Origin: Podarcis liolepis
Taxonomy: Eukaryota
NCBI GenBank assembly: GCA_965112155.1
Contig: OZ218100.1
Length of the DNA: 64,000 bases
Direction: 5' to 3' (one strand)
The notes under the pieces are model-generated. The model was not told the DNA's origin. It was given only the letters and a program-made list of their open reading frames with translations, and searched no databases. Of this stretch, positions 63,989-64,000 are shown piece by piece. Numbering within the stretch: the stretch's first letter is position 1; each line of letters opens with the position of its first letter. Made by a program: the position numbers and the translations under genes.

Positions 63989-64000
63989 TGCCACCCATCT
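63949..64000 (-). repeat. (AAT)n microsatellite, probably the tail of an L2-type element running off the window
   Basis: (AAT)n at 63949-63987 followed by ccacccatct, similar to the reverse complement of the agatggg.. 3' end at about 21757. Confidence 0.75.

Overview
This is eukaryotic (vertebrate) genomic DNA, almost certainly a squamate and most likely a lacertid lizard, judging by Sauria SINEs of the lacertid type plus Bov-B, CR1 and L2 fragments. The window lies inside one + strand gene, ITPKB (inositol-trisphosphate 3-kinase B). It contains the large GC-rich first coding exon (ATG 47 to donor after 1738), a 59.5-kb intron (1739-61244), and two kinase-region exons (61245-61344 and 62221-62434); the gene continues past the window. 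The intron is a mosaic of retrotransposons, MITEs, a solo LTR and microsatellites, and almost all short ORFs in the track are noise or TE remnants. The most unusual observations are: (1) a Sauria SINE flanked by an exact-boundary 179-bp direct duplication; (2) a ~163-bp-arm, ~94% identical fold-back inverted repeat, plus further hairpins and an inverted MITE pair that could make dsRNA in the pre-mRNA; (3) a candidate calcineurin PxIxIT docking motif next to a Ser-rich phospho-cluster in ITPKB; (4) a young hAT MITE carrying telomeric CCCTAA units; (5) a solo LTR with a CTCF-like motif; (6) an NF-kB/AP-1/ETS/MEF2 motif cluster. I see no clear evidence of a wholly new multi-gene system. TE family names and human-protein comparisons come from recognition and memory, not a database search, and TE boundaries without TSDs are approximate.
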